Source of the DNA: a virus
Virus record (IMG/VR): IMGVR_UViG_3300050821_006531
Reading direction: 5' to 3' (one strand)
DNA: 61,319 nt
Below the pieces are notes generated by a model, which ran no database searches, had not been told where the DNA came from, and saw nothing but the letters and a program-made list of their open reading frames with translations. Shown one piece after another: positions 24,503 to 33,809 of the stretch. The translations under genes were made by a program, and so were the position numbers. How positions within the stretch are numbered: the stretch's first letter is position 1; every line of letters begins with the position of its first letter.

Positions 24503-25212
24503 CCAACATCGTTTTGACCGTGCGCGGGCGTTACCGCCTAACCGAGCAAGCTTTTCGAAGTTTGCTCGATCACACATCCCCCGACCAGTTCAATCTGACA
24601 ATTGTTCATGACGCGTCAGGAGACCTCAACTTTAAAGTTGGCCGACTCGTCGAAGCAGCCGCTGGGTGGCCAAATATAACCGCACTCTCGGTACTGAACT
24701 CCAACCACAAGCTCTCGTCGCTCAAACGCCTGGGTATCGAGTGGTCCTGCGCGCGCTTCGGCAGCGACGGCTGGCTCTGCACCGTAGACAGTGACGTGTA
24801 CTTTGGCAACGACTGGCTCTCCACAATGGTCACGGCAGCCGAGCTGACGCGCGGCCTGGGCTTTAAGCTGTGGGGCGGACAACAGCACCCCTACCACCAC
24901 GCGATTGCTGTAGTCGGTGGCACACAGACGCCAGAGACATATTTGGAGGAGTACGAGGCACTCCCCGGCACTCACTGGTTCATGCCTTGGTCTACTTGGT
25001 GGGAGTTCGGGAACTCGTTTGTGTCGAGCGCGCCAGGCGTGTGCCAGGGCGAAGACGTGAGCTTCTGCCAAGCAATTCGTAACCACGACGGGAGAATCGG
25101 CGTGGTCAAGCCGTTCTGCGTGGCCGACTGCGGGCTCACCAACACAGAGGGAAAGCCGCAGCCGGGGGCGGAGCTGAGAACGGAGCGTTGGCTGGGAGTG
25201 TTGTATGAGTAG
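24499..25212 (+). CDS. GT2-like glycosyltransferase
   Basis: IVLTVRGRYRLTEQAFRSLLDHTSPDQFNLTIVHDASGD plus VDSDV (DxD). Confidence 0.5.
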   Translation: MTNIVLTVRGRYRLTEQAFRSLLDHTSPDQFNLTIVHDASGDLNFKVGRLVEAAAGWPNITALSVLNSNHKLSSLKRLGIEWSCARFGSDGWLCTVDSDVYFGNDWLSTMVTAAELTRGLGFKLWGGQQHPYHHAIAVVGGTQTPETYLEEYEALPGTHWFMPWSTWWEFGNSFVSSAPGVCQGEDVSFCQAIRNHDGRIGVVKPFCVADCGLTNTEGKPQPGAELRTERWLGVLYE

Positions 25213-25894
25213 CGAATCGTTGTTGGTTTTTACTTGCGAATATACGGGTGGGGGCAACGACCCCAACTCCGCACTGCTCAGAGAATCGTGCGAACGAGTG
25301 GGCATTAAGCTGGGCTCGTACGGGCACGGTGAGCCCTGGCCTGGGTTCATGGGCAGGATCAAAGGTGCGGCTGAGTACTTGCGCGGGCGGACGGAGGAAC
25401 GAGTATTGTTTCTGGACTCGTCGGACACGTTCGTGTTGGACCCAGCCAGCAAACTAAGCGCATGGTTTGGGACTCGGATTCTGTTGGGTGGTGCGACTAT
25501 AATCGCAGGGGAGAAAAACTGCTACCCCGAGCCATCTCTGGCTCCGAAGTTCCGCTACACGAGAGGCCCCTACAAGTACCCCAATGGAGGCTGCTGGGGC
25601 GGCTGGCGGAAGTGGGTTCTTGAAGACCTGGACTTACTTGTTGAAGGTCAGACTCGTGATGACGACCAGTACGAGTGGTCGATTCTGCTCCCGCCACGCG
25701 CGGTAGACAACAAATGTGAGTTGTTCCAAACCATGTACGGCTTCCGCGACGGCGACATTGACTGGAACACTTTCCGAAACACTCTTACAGGCACGTACCC
25801 GTCCGTGTTTCACTTCAATGGTCGTGCACCAGGCCGGGAAGAGACTTACAGAAAAGCTCTGGAGGTAGGCCGTGTCAAACCCTTACAACCTTGA
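25205..25894 (+). CDS. Hypothetical protein, possible glycosyltransferase
   Basis: VLFLDSSDTFVL is DxD-like. The call rests mainly on context. Confidence 0.35.
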   Translation: MSSESLLVFTCEYTGGGNDPNSALLRESCERVGIKLGSYGHGEPWPGFMGRIKGAAEYLRGRTEERVLFLDSSDTFVLDPASKLSAWFGTRILLGGATIIAGEKNCYPEPSLAPKFRYTRGPYKYPNGGCWGGWRKWVLEDLDLLVEGQTRDDDQYEWSILLPPRAVDNKCELFQTMYGFRDGDIDWNTFRNTLTGTYPSVFHFNGRAPGREETYRKALEVGRVKPLQP

Positions 25895-26477
25895 CGAGTT
25901 CTACACAGCCGAGTTCTTCGCCGCCAACCAAGCGGAAGGTCTGAAACACGCGGAGTGGTTTGTCCCGCTGCTCAAGCGTTTGTTCGACCCAAAGTGGATG
26001 ATTGATGTTGGTTGTGGGACCGGACACTTTGTGCTGAAGGCACACTTCTTGGGCATTAACTGTGTTGGTGTAGATGGGGCGCATGAGGCCCTGGAGAAAA
26101 GCGTATCGATGGGGCTGGTGCGGCACGACCTGCGGATACCGCTCCGGCCAGCGATACGCTACGACCTGGCCCTGTGCATCGAAGTTGCTGAGCACCTGGA
26201 GCCTGAGTACGCGGACACACTGGTAGAGACGTTGTGCAACTGCTCGGACATGGTGGTGATGACAGCGGCGACTCCAGGCCAGGGTGGCCTGCAACACGTC
26301 AACGAGCAACCGCTTGATTACTGGTCTGATAAGTTCGCATTTCGGGGCTATGTGCTTACTGTATGGCGAACCCGATTACTTCGAAATGGAGTATTGGAAG
26401 CGGCCCAGAGTGATCACCACGTAGCCCCTTGGTTCCACAAAGTAGTATGTTTTGAGAGGAGCACTCCCAGTGTCTGA
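25872..26477 (+). CDS. Class I SAM-dependent methyltransferase
   Basis: Motif I MIDVGCGTGHFV; later DLALCIEVAEHLE. Confidence 0.75.
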   Translation: MSNPYNLDEFYTAEFFAANQAEGLKHAEWFVPLLKRLFDPKWMIDVGCGTGHFVLKAHFLGINCVGVDGAHEALEKSVSMGLVRHDLRIPLRPAIRYDLALCIEVAEHLEPEYADTLVETLCNCSDMVVMTAATPGQGGLQHVNEQPLDYWSDKFAFRGYVLTVWRTRLLRNGVLEAAQSDHHVAPWFHKVVCFERSTPSV

Positions 26478-27363
26478 GCGGCTAGACCTGCTCCGTCCCG
26501 CGCTTGACCGGTTCAAGCGACCGTTCACTGTGTTCGACTTCGGAGCGGGCATTCACGCCTGCGTCGGTCTTGAAATTGCTACCGCGTACGAGAACGCGAT
26601 TGTTGTCCTGGCCGAGAAAGACGCGCGCAACGTGTACGCGCCGCGCACGATGCATTTGCGGAAAGAACTGACGTGTGAGGACCTGGAAGGACTGAGCCGG
26701 TCTGAGGACTTCGATGTGGCACTTGCACTGAATATCTTACATTGGCTCAAGGACAACTGGGTGCGAGCGCTTGGAGCTTTGTTCGATTACGGCTCACTGT
26801 TTGTTCAGATACCCGGCCCTGATGATCTAAAAACCTGCAACGTGGAATACGCTCAGGAAATTTACTACTGGTGTAGCAAAACTTCCCGCTGCCTAGGTGA
26901 CACCGCTCAATTCGAGGGTCATCTGAAACGCCCACTTTACGAGATTTCGAAACAAGAACCTGGTAGTCAGTATTCAGTCATGCTCAATGCCAAGTCCGCA
27001 AAAGCAAAACCCCACGAAGTTCGATGCGTGGTCACAACCGGGCACGACCACAAAGACATCGCTCTGCTACACAAGCGCGGCCCGGTCTGGAACACTCAGC
27101 CATTCGTGCATGGCCTCACGCTCCAGAACTTCTGCGAACTCGGCGGCGTCTACCCAACTCGTGACACAGTGCTAAAACTCCTGCGAGACATGCCGGTGCC
27201 AAACCCACCGCACCGTGACATTCAGCCGTGGAATATTCGGTTTAACGGAACAGCAATGCACTTGATCGACCCTGGGGAGCCTGACTGGGTGAACTCGGAC
27301 GCGGCGAACATGCGGCATGTGGTTGAGTGGGTGGACGCGGAAATGAGGCGGTGGGAAAAGTGA
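26470..27363 (+). CDS. Putative methyltransferase-fold protein
   Basis: FTVFDFGAGIHACVG (motif I-like) and DVALALNILHWL. GTG start with overlap. Confidence 0.4.
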   Translation: MSERLDLLRPALDRFKRPFTVFDFGAGIHACVGLEIATAYENAIVVLAEKDARNVYAPRTMHLRKELTCEDLEGLSRSEDFDVALALNILHWLKDNWVRALGALFDYGSLFVQIPGPDDLKTCNVEYAQEIYYWCSKTSRCLGDTAQFEGHLKRPLYEISKQEPGSQYSVMLNAKSAKAKPHEVRCVVTTGHDHKDIALLHKRGPVWNTQPFVHGLTLQNFCELGGVYPTRDTVLKLLRDMPVPNPPHRDIQPWNIRFNGTAMHLIDPGEPDWVNSDAANMRHVVEWVDAEMRRWEK

Positions 27364-27866
27364 CCTGCATCAATATCAATCTCGGTTCTGGTCAAAGACC
27401 ATTTAAGAACTGGGTTAATGTTGACTTGAACCCGAAGTGGTCGCCAGACGTGGTGGCCGAGGGTGCAAACTACTTGTACCAACTGGAATCTGATTCAGTA
27501 GACAAGATCACGCTTCACCATGTTCTTGAACATTACGGTTGTGGTGAGGCAGCCAGACTGCTCGCTCAGTGCTACCGAACACTCAAGCCACTCGGCTCAC
27601 TGTTCGTGTTTGTACCGGACATGCGTGAGCTTGCTCAGATGTGGTTCGAGGGACGACTAGATGATGCCACCTACCTGATTAACGTGTACGGGGCCTACAT
27701 GCAGGACGAGGCTGACCGGCACAAGTTCGGGTTCACCAGACGCTCCTTGTTCAACGAGCTCCAGGGGCACGGCTTCAGAGTACGAATGTTCGACTGGAGG
27801 GAAGTTGAGGGGGCCGACTTCGCGCGAGCGCGTTGGGTGCTGGCAGTGGAGGCAATCAAGCCATGA
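27360..27866 (+). CDS. SAM-dependent methyltransferase (type 11-like)
   Basis: ININLGSGQRPFKNWVNVDL...DKITLHHVLEHYG...LKPLGSLFVFVPD. Confidence 0.7.
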   Translation: MTCININLGSGQRPFKNWVNVDLNPKWSPDVVAEGANYLYQLESDSVDKITLHHVLEHYGCGEAARLLAQCYRTLKPLGSLFVFVPDMRELAQMWFEGRLDDATYLINVYGAYMQDEADRHKFGFTRRSLFNELQGHGFRVRMFDWREVEGADFARARWVLAVEAIKP

Positions 27867-28576
27867 ACGAAAAAGGTCTAGTAATCATAATCGCTTTCAA
27901 CAACGCCCACCTGACCAAACACGCAGTCCGCACAGCACTCTCACAAGACATGCCGGTTGACGTGCTAGTGGTGAACAACCACTCACTCGACGGCACCGCC
28001 GACTGGCTCAAGACCAAGCAAGTCGCGACCGTCACGTTCAGCAGCCAGATCAGTCTAGCAGCCTGTTGGAACCGCGCTCTAAAGCTTGCCTGGATAGTTG
28101 GCTTTGAGCACGCGCTGGTGCTCAATAACGACGTGGAAGTCCGCCCGGACACTTACAGGCTGCTGCTCGCGCACGGCGGCCCGTTTGTGACTTGCGTGAG
28201 CGTGGATGACCCAGCAAGGCTTGGCGCTGCCGGTGACCGTACGATTGAAGAGTTGAGGCCCAAGGCGCGCGAGCACCCGGACTACAGCGCCTTCCTGATT
28301 CGGAAACAGGTGATGGAGAAGGTGGGCTGGTTTAACGAAGCATACCTAGGGGGCTACGGTGAGGACGCGGAGTTTCACGTGAGGTGTCACCGCAAGGGAG
28401 TCAAGTCGGTGTGCATTGACGTGCCGTTTCTGCACCACGGAGCAGCCACTGTGAAGAGCGCCAGTCCTGGTGAGGCTGCGAGGATTCGGCGCAACGCAGA
28501 CACGAACCGTGAAAGGTTCAAGCGGGAGTACGGAGCGGAGATCGGGTCGAAAGAGTATTACGAATTGTTCGAGTAG
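27863..28576 (+). CDS. GT2 family glycosyltransferase
   Basis: LVIIIAFNNAHLTKHAVRTALSQDMPVDVLVVNNHSLDGTADWL...ALVLNNDVEV. Confidence 0.7.
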   Translation: MNEKGLVIIIAFNNAHLTKHAVRTALSQDMPVDVLVVNNHSLDGTADWLKTKQVATVTFSSQISLAACWNRALKLAWIVGFEHALVLNNDVEVRPDTYRLLLAHGGPFVTCVSVDDPARLGAAGDRTIEELRPKAREHPDYSAFLIRKQVMEKVGWFNEAYLGGYGEDAEFHVRCHRKGVKSVCIDVPFLHHGAATVKSASPGEAARIRRNADTNRERFKREYGAEIGSKEYYELFE

Positions 28577-28584
28577 TTAGACTT

Positions 28585-28674
28585 GGGTGTCAGGCAGATA
28601 CGGTTAGCTGCGTTGGTCTGTAAAACCAATGGCCCTAGATGGTCTTGCGAGTTCGAATCTCGTGGCACCCACCA
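28585..28674 (+). tRNA. tRNA-Tyr (anticodon GTA), class II with a long variable arm; CCA encoded
   Basis: Hand-folded. Acceptor gggtgtc/ggcaccc; D stem gcag/ctgc; anticodon stem ttggt/accaa with loop ctGTAaa; 17-nt variable arm; T arm gcgag-ttcgaat-ctcgt. Confidence 0.9.
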
Positions 28675-28909
28675 CCACCAAAGATGCGATATTTACTTTA
28701 CCGACTGGAGTCCTGGTGTGTAAGGCACCGCTGGAAGCGGGCAGCCGCACTCTTCTTGAACACTGCGACTTGGCTGCTGTTTCGGAGTATCGGTCCAATC
28801 TACTCTTGCCCGGAACCTGCTTGCGTGTCGCGTGTTGTCAGCTCACGTGCGTGGTGACTAGCCGCTTTGGAGAATAGACCGGAGCATGTGTTTAGGCACA
28901 CTCGAACAC

Positions 28910-29161
28910 ATGAAAACTCTACTCTTCTTTCTTCTAATCGGTGTTTCAGTGCGAGCGGTCTCCCCGACACAAGCAGTCTCCAACCAACCCTACTGTCAGC
29001 GCTTTGTCCACGTGCTCAACAATGAAGGCACAATTGGCGTGCCTTTCGGGTTGCTGGCCTTGGATACTAAAACGGGACAACTGTGCCGCACGTACGATAT
29101 CGCGAACGGTCTCACAACCTGGAACGGAATTGTGGACTGCTACTCGCTCTCACTCCGGTAG
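28910..29161 (+). CDS. Small secreted Cys-containing protein
   Basis: Signal-peptide-like MKTLLFFLLIGVSVRAVSP. It converges on the late operon. Confidence 0.45.
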   Translation: MKTLLFFLLIGVSVRAVSPTQAVSNQPYCQRFVHVLNNEGTIGVPFGLLALDTKTGQLCRTYDIANGLTTWNGIVDCYSLSLR

Positions 29162-30253
29162 CAAGTCCCCCGGCTTCGTCGGCAACCCCTTGTTCTTAAG
29201 CATGTACTCGTGCAGCGCGAGCGCCTGGTCGTAGCTGAGCTGCGACAGACTCTTGCCATACACGTCGGTAGCTGCCTTGGACAAAGCCTTGGCGTCAAAG
29301 CCTAGCTCGCCACGGACTGCGTGCATTTGACGAATCAGGTCCGTGTGTACGGCTGGATGCTTGAAGGTTTGAGCGTTTGCTGGGACGACGGAGGAGCCCA
29401 GCGGGGCCATTGACTGCGCAGGCGTGGCTGTCACAGGCGGGATCGGTCCAGCCGGTGCCTGGGTTTCCTCCACGCCGGCCGCGGGCCATTCTGGCAGGTC
29501 TGGAATGCGCTGACTCGGGCGCACGGCAGGCACCCTCCCCGACTGGGCGCTCGGCATTCCTCCCCCACCCGGACCCGGCGTGAAAGCAATCTTCCGAGCG
29601 ATGTTAGGGTTGGGCGTGAACGGCTGGGGTAGGTCTTCGAGAGGAGCTACATCACCCCGTAACCCGCCAGCAGCAGACTTTCCGAGCGAGTGTAGGAAGT
29701 CGTAACCAGCCGGTAAAACGCTCAAGGGCTCGTTCAGCTTAACGTGCTTTGTGAGGTTGGTGAAGGCGTCGGGTAGACCAGAGACTGCCCCGTGCATGGC
29801 GTCTCCGACTGGACCACCACCGCGTACTGCGCCGAGAGCCATCAGCGCCGGACCGCTGATTGTGCCAGCGGGGTCTTCGGCGAACGATTCCTCGGGGTGT
29901 AGAGCGACATTGCCCAGTGACCGCAACGGGTCTAGCAGGCCGGCGTCCCAGCCCATGTCCGGGAACCCCCCACCCGGAGAGCCGGTTTCGAGACCACCCG
30001 GAGCACCGCTCAGCGTAGACATCGTGCGCGCGAGGTTCAGAGCGGACCCAGGCAAGTTAGACAGCGCTCGCTGTCCAATAGACAGAGGAGGACCGGAGAG
30101 CGCAGCCGGGATTGGAGCCTTGGGGTACGCCGGGGGCGCACTCACGCTGCCCTGCCTGCGCCGCAGCAACTCCTGCAACGCGGCCTTCTGCTCGGGCGAG
30201 TACGATTCCATGCGCCGTTGCAATTCAGCCAGCGCTGCGCTACTGTCCGCCAC
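29150..30253 (-). CDS. Hypothetical virion-associated protein, last gene of the late operon
   Basis: A 367-aa Pro/Gly/Ala-rich ORF contiguous with the upstream ORF. Confidence 0.55.
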   Translation of the reverse strand: MADSSAALAELQRRMESYSPEQKAALQELLRRRQGSVSAPPAYPKAPIPAALSGPPLSIGQRALSNLPGSALNLARTMSTLSGAPGGLETGSPGGGFPDMGWDAGLLDPLRSLGNVALHPEESFAEDPAGTISGPALMALGAVRGGGPVGDAMHGAVSGLPDAFTNLTKHVKLNEPLSVLPAGYDFLHSLGKSAAGGLRGDVAPLEDLPQPFTPNPNIARKIAFTPGPGGGGMPSAQSGRVPAVRPSQRIPDLPEWPAAGVEETQAPAGPIPPVTATPAQSMAPLGSSVVPANAQTFKHPAVHTDLIRQMHAVRGELGFDAKALSKAATDVYGKSLSQLSYDQALALHEYMLKNKGLPTKPGDLLPE

Positions 30254-32296
30254 TTACTTCTTGCCTCCGGTGACCAGTTGCAGGAGTTCAGCGTCGGACA
30301 AGTGCGAGAGGTCGCCCTCGACAGGTTTGACCACACCGCTCTTACGCTCGTCGTTCAGAATCATCTGCCGACCATCCCGAAGAATCCCTTCCATTGTGGT
30401 GAGTTTTTGGTAGATGGCTTTGGGGCTGTCGGGGAGGAGACCACCCATGCGATCGAGAATTGGAGCGTGCTCCCCGGCTTTGTTGAGAATCGGCAGCGCA
30501 CGTGAGTTCAGACCCTTGAGCGCGGCTGCGGTAGAGCGCAAGCCCTCGAAGCTTAGATTGGTGAACAAGTCGCTATGCGGCGTGTTCAGGCCGAGACGTT
30601 TGTATTGCTGGTACTCTTTTGTGAAGTAAGCCGCTGTGTTGTTGTTCTGGAGCTTCTCGTCTTCGATACCTTTCTTGAGGTCCTGGATTTGTTTCAGGAC
30701 CGGGTCAATTGACGCGAGGTCGGACTGGCCCTTGGCTGAGAGACGCTCAGGCTGTGAAAGACCCCGGCTGCGTAGCTCAGACTGGACAGCATCCTTTTCG
30801 CGGGCTGGAACGTCCGAAATAGCACTCCGACCGTTGGTGATATCGTCAGCCCACTGCTTGACTGCCGGAGTGACCGTCGAAGCGCCTCCCCCGGCACCGA
30901 CTGGAGCAATCCGAGCCCCACCCGGAGCAGCCGCGCCGCCGCGCTGCGAAGTGTGCGAGCTGACGGTCGGCAACTGTCCTGGCACCTGAGTCGTCGTGTG
31001 TGTGGTAACCGGCACAAAACTCGGGTTCACGCCAGCGCCCACACCCCCAGTCCGCAACTGGTCGCCAGTCTGGAACGTGGTGTGTCCCTGGCTGTCCACG
31101 CCAGTCGAGCGTTCGTTCAGGTTTGTCAGCGGCACGGCCCCAGTTGGAAGCGCCCCCGGACGAGTAGATACGTTGACAAAACTGCCACCTATGTCAACTG
31201 GCCGGGACCCGACACCAGCAGGTTCTGCTGCCCGCAAGGGCTGTTGTGTCAGCTTGTCTACGTACGTCCAATAAGGTCCCGTGGCATCTTCTGGAATGCC
31301 ATGCGCTCGCTTGGCTTCTGGGCTCATGACCCCGGCGTCCGCCCGACTGACTTGTGGACTGAACAAAGCCGGGCTCATGCCGGGGATTTGTGACCCCGGC
31401 GTCGCCGCCCAGAGTTCGTACTGAGCCTTCATTTGCGGGGCCAGGGCAGCCCAGCCTTCTGACCCCTTGAGGCCAGCGAGTGCCTTACGTTTGGTGCCTA
31501 GCTCGAACTCTCGTTGCTCGTAAGTCTGGCGCAGAGCTTCGTTGTGCTCAAGCTCGCGCTGCATGGCCGCTTGCAGAATTGGCCGGTTGGTCGGAGCAGC
31601 CCAGCGCGGGTCGGACATGTAGCGGTTGACGATGGCTTGCGAGTCTTGAATGGCTGGGGCACCCCCGCCACCACCGGCTGCCGAGACCGGGGGTAGCGGT
31701 GGGGCAGCCGCCGGGCCGGGAGACGGTGTGGCCAGCGGCGCGATTGCGTTGCCCGGACCCATGCCCAAACCAATCGTTCCAGGCATCGGCGTCAGCTCAC
31801 CCGCTTGGCTGGCCGGTGACACGGGGCTCGATGGAGCCTGAGCAGCATTAGGTGGTGCGGGTGCGGCCTGGGGACCGGCAATCAGCCCAGCCATCGGACT
31901 TGCCGGTGCAACAGTCTGCGGCCCAGCTGCTGTGCCAAGTGTTCCAGGTGCCGCGCCACCGGTCGCCGGTCCCGGCTGCACCGGCTGGGGTTTGCCCTGC
32001 TTGTCTCCCAGCCCCTGCGTCACAACCGGGTGCGGCATGAACGTCTCGTTTAAGTCTTTCAGGATTTTACTGGGGTCCTGACCGACCTTGAGGTTGTTCA
32101 CGTCAAACAAATGCTGAATGTAGTTAGAGCGCTTTTCGGGGTCAGACTCGGTAGCGATTAGCTGTGAGAGCTGGTTGGTTACAGCTTCTTTGTGCCGCTC
32201 CCAGCGGTTGAGCACCTGCTCCCGGTACGGAGCTGCCGCCGCGCCCGCGCCCGCCAGACCGCTCCCGAGGTTTGCTAAAAAACCACCCATGACCAA
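30254..32296 (-). CDS. Large Pro/Ala/Gly-rich protein, putative internal virion (ejection) protein
   Basis: 680 aa, located after the fibre gene as in podovirus core-protein modules. No catalytic motif was seen. Confidence 0.55.
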   Translation of the reverse strand: MVMGGFLANLGSGLAGAGAAAAPYREQVLNRWERHKEAVTNQLSQLIATESDPEKRSNYIQHLFDVNNLKVGQDPSKILKDLNETFMPHPVVTQGLGDKQGKPQPVQPGPATGGAAPGTLGTAAGPQTVAPASPMAGLIAGPQAAPAPPNAAQAPSSPVSPASQAGELTPMPGTIGLGMGPGNAIAPLATPSPGPAAAPPLPPVSAAGGGGGAPAIQDSQAIVNRYMSDPRWAAPTNRPILQAAMQRELEHNEALRQTYEQREFELGTKRKALAGLKGSEGWAALAPQMKAQYELWAATPGSQIPGMSPALFSPQVSRADAGVMSPEAKRAHGIPEDATGPYWTYVDKLTQQPLRAAEPAGVGSRPVDIGGSFVNVSTRPGALPTGAVPLTNLNERSTGVDSQGHTTFQTGDQLRTGGVGAGVNPSFVPVTTHTTTQVPGQLPTVSSHTSQRGGAAAPGGARIAPVGAGGGASTVTPAVKQWADDITNGRSAISDVPAREKDAVQSELRSRGLSQPERLSAKGQSDLASIDPVLKQIQDLKKGIEDEKLQNNNTAAYFTKEYQQYKRLGLNTPHSDLFTNLSFEGLRSTAAALKGLNSRALPILNKAGEHAPILDRMGGLLPDSPKAIYQKLTTMEGILRDGRQMILNDERKSGVVKPVEGDLSHLSDAELLQLVTGGKK

Positions 32297-32312
32297 AGCT
32301 CCTTATTGGTTC

Positions 32313-32609
32313 TCAATCAATCTTAGGCGGGACTTTGTCTTTGGGAAAGTTCCCACCCAAGAAGTTACCCCCTAGTATGTTCCCGCCCAGGAAGTTTCCC
32401 CCTAAGAAATTACCGTCCCGGAAATCTCCTTCCAGAAAGTTCCCTCCTCGGAAATTACCACCTCGGAACTGACCTCGGAAATCACCATCCAAGAAGTCTC
32501 CATCCCAAAAATGAATATGACCACCCACACTAAAAGTTATGTTCTCATTGCTCACGGTAGCGTTTTTCAGCCACTCGGGAACATTCTTCAACTGTGAAAC
32601 ACGTGGCAT
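32313..32609 (-). CDS. Pentapeptide-repeat protein (second copy type)
   Basis: DGDFLDGDFRGQFRGGNFRGGNFLEGDFRDGNFLGGNFLGGNILGGNFLGGNF. Confidence 0.75.
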   Translation of the reverse strand: MPRVSQLKNVPEWLKNATVSNENITFSVGGHIHFWDGDFLDGDFRGQFRGGNFRGGNFLEGDFRDGNFLGGNFLGGNILGGNFLGGNFPKDKVPPKID

Positions 32610-32643
32610 TACTCTTCCTCACTTTCTCGCGACAAGACTCCTT

Positions 32644-33291
32644 CTAGATCAAGCCGAGCAAGCCGTTTGCTGCCGCGCCTCCGCCGAAAGGCGTTGTGGC
32701 TAGATTGAACAGACCCGACCCTAGTCCGCTCCACAAACTGTTTGTGAGTTGCTGCTGCTGTTGCTGAGCCTGAATTTGGGATGTGTTCGCACCCGTGCCG
32801 ACTCCCAAGGCACTGTTAGCCCCCTGGAACAGGTTTGCCCCCAGGTTGCCTTGACCGAGACCAATCCCGGCCTGTGTCCCACCCGCCGAAATCAACGGGC
32901 TCGCTGCCGCTGAACGCGCCCCACTAAACAAGTTCTGAATTGCTTGATTTGGAGCAGTCTCGGCGCTGAACAACGTCCCAAACCTGCCACCACCACGAGG
33001 CATTAACGTGCTGGCAGCCTGGATGTTCTGCTGGTTAGCCTGCTTGATTTGCTGAATGTTCGGTGCAAGCAGGTTGGCGGTCTCAGCAGGCGACCCGCTC
33101 AGAATGTTCTGGAAGTAGTTAATTCCCGGCTGCATGGTCTTGAGACCCTGCTGAACAGTCTGGTTGCCGGCAGCAAGTTGCTGCGTGCCTGCGGCGTCAA
33201 GCGCCGGGACCTGTGTGTTTAGCGCGGTGTTGCTGATTCCCGAGAGGTTGTTCTCCGCAGCCTTTGTACCATTCGTAGCTCCAAAACTCAT
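32644..33291 (-). CDS. Gln/Gly/Asn/Ala-rich hypothetical virion protein
   Basis: 215 aa with low-complexity stretches. ATGA-type coupling. Confidence 0.5.
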   Translation of the reverse strand: MSFGATNGTKAAENNLSGISNTALNTQVPALDAAGTQQLAAGNQTVQQGLKTMQPGINYFQNILSGSPAETANLLAPNIQQIKQANQQNIQAASTLMPRGGGRFGTLFSAETAPNQAIQNLFSGARSAAASPLISAGGTQAGIGLGQGNLGANLFQGANSALGVGTGANTSQIQAQQQQQQLTNSLWSGLGSGLFNLATTPFGGGAAANGLLGLI

Positions 33292-33779
33292 TGCACTGGC
33301 TCCTTGGGTGAGTCTGTGGACTCGGGCGCAACCACCATGCTAAGCACGGTCCAGGGCTCGGGAGACATGCCGATTGCCTGGGCCATGCGTGAAATCTTGC
33401 CGGGAGTGGCAAACACGTACACGACCGCGCCGCCGAACTTTTCGAGGACCAACTGCTCGGCCTTGGTGGCGAGCGCCAGGAACATACCCTCGTCGCCCTG
33501 AAGCAGGTTCAGAGGCTGGGCGTGCAGGCAGAACTGCAAAACCAGAAACGACCCGGTTGGCACACCATCACGGACCACGCCAAGAGTGGTCGAAATGCCG
33601 GGATGTGGCTTGACCGCGCCAGCAGCTTCGTAGGCTTGAGCACAGTACTTGTCCACTTCCTCAGGGGTCAGTACCCGAACTTCGGTGACTGGGGTGGCAG
33701 CGAGGCTTGGCAGTTCAGCGGCAGTCTCTTGAGTGTCCGGCAAAGGCCGCGTCGGAGGCGGCAGCAGGTCGAGCGGCAT
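33288..33779 (-). CDS. Hypothetical protein
   Basis: A 163-aa ORF following the fibre gene. Confidence 0.5.
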   Translation of the reverse strand: MPLDLLPPPTRPLPDTQETAAELPSLAATPVTEVRVLTPEEVDKYCAQAYEAAGAVKPHPGISTTLGVVRDGVPTGSFLVLQFCLHAQPLNLLQGDEGMFLALATKAEQLVLEKFGGAVVYVFATPGKISRMAQAIGMSPEPWTVLSMVVAPESTDSPKEPVQ

Positions 33780-33809
33780 GAATACAATTGTACAGCGTTG
33801 TACAATGTC

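Noticed and set aside
28585-28674. The tRNA-Tyr could be the attP core.
   Set aside because: It is a complete tRNA 27 kb from int, not a 3' tRNA fragment. Without host sequence this cannot be tested, so it is only noted as a lead.
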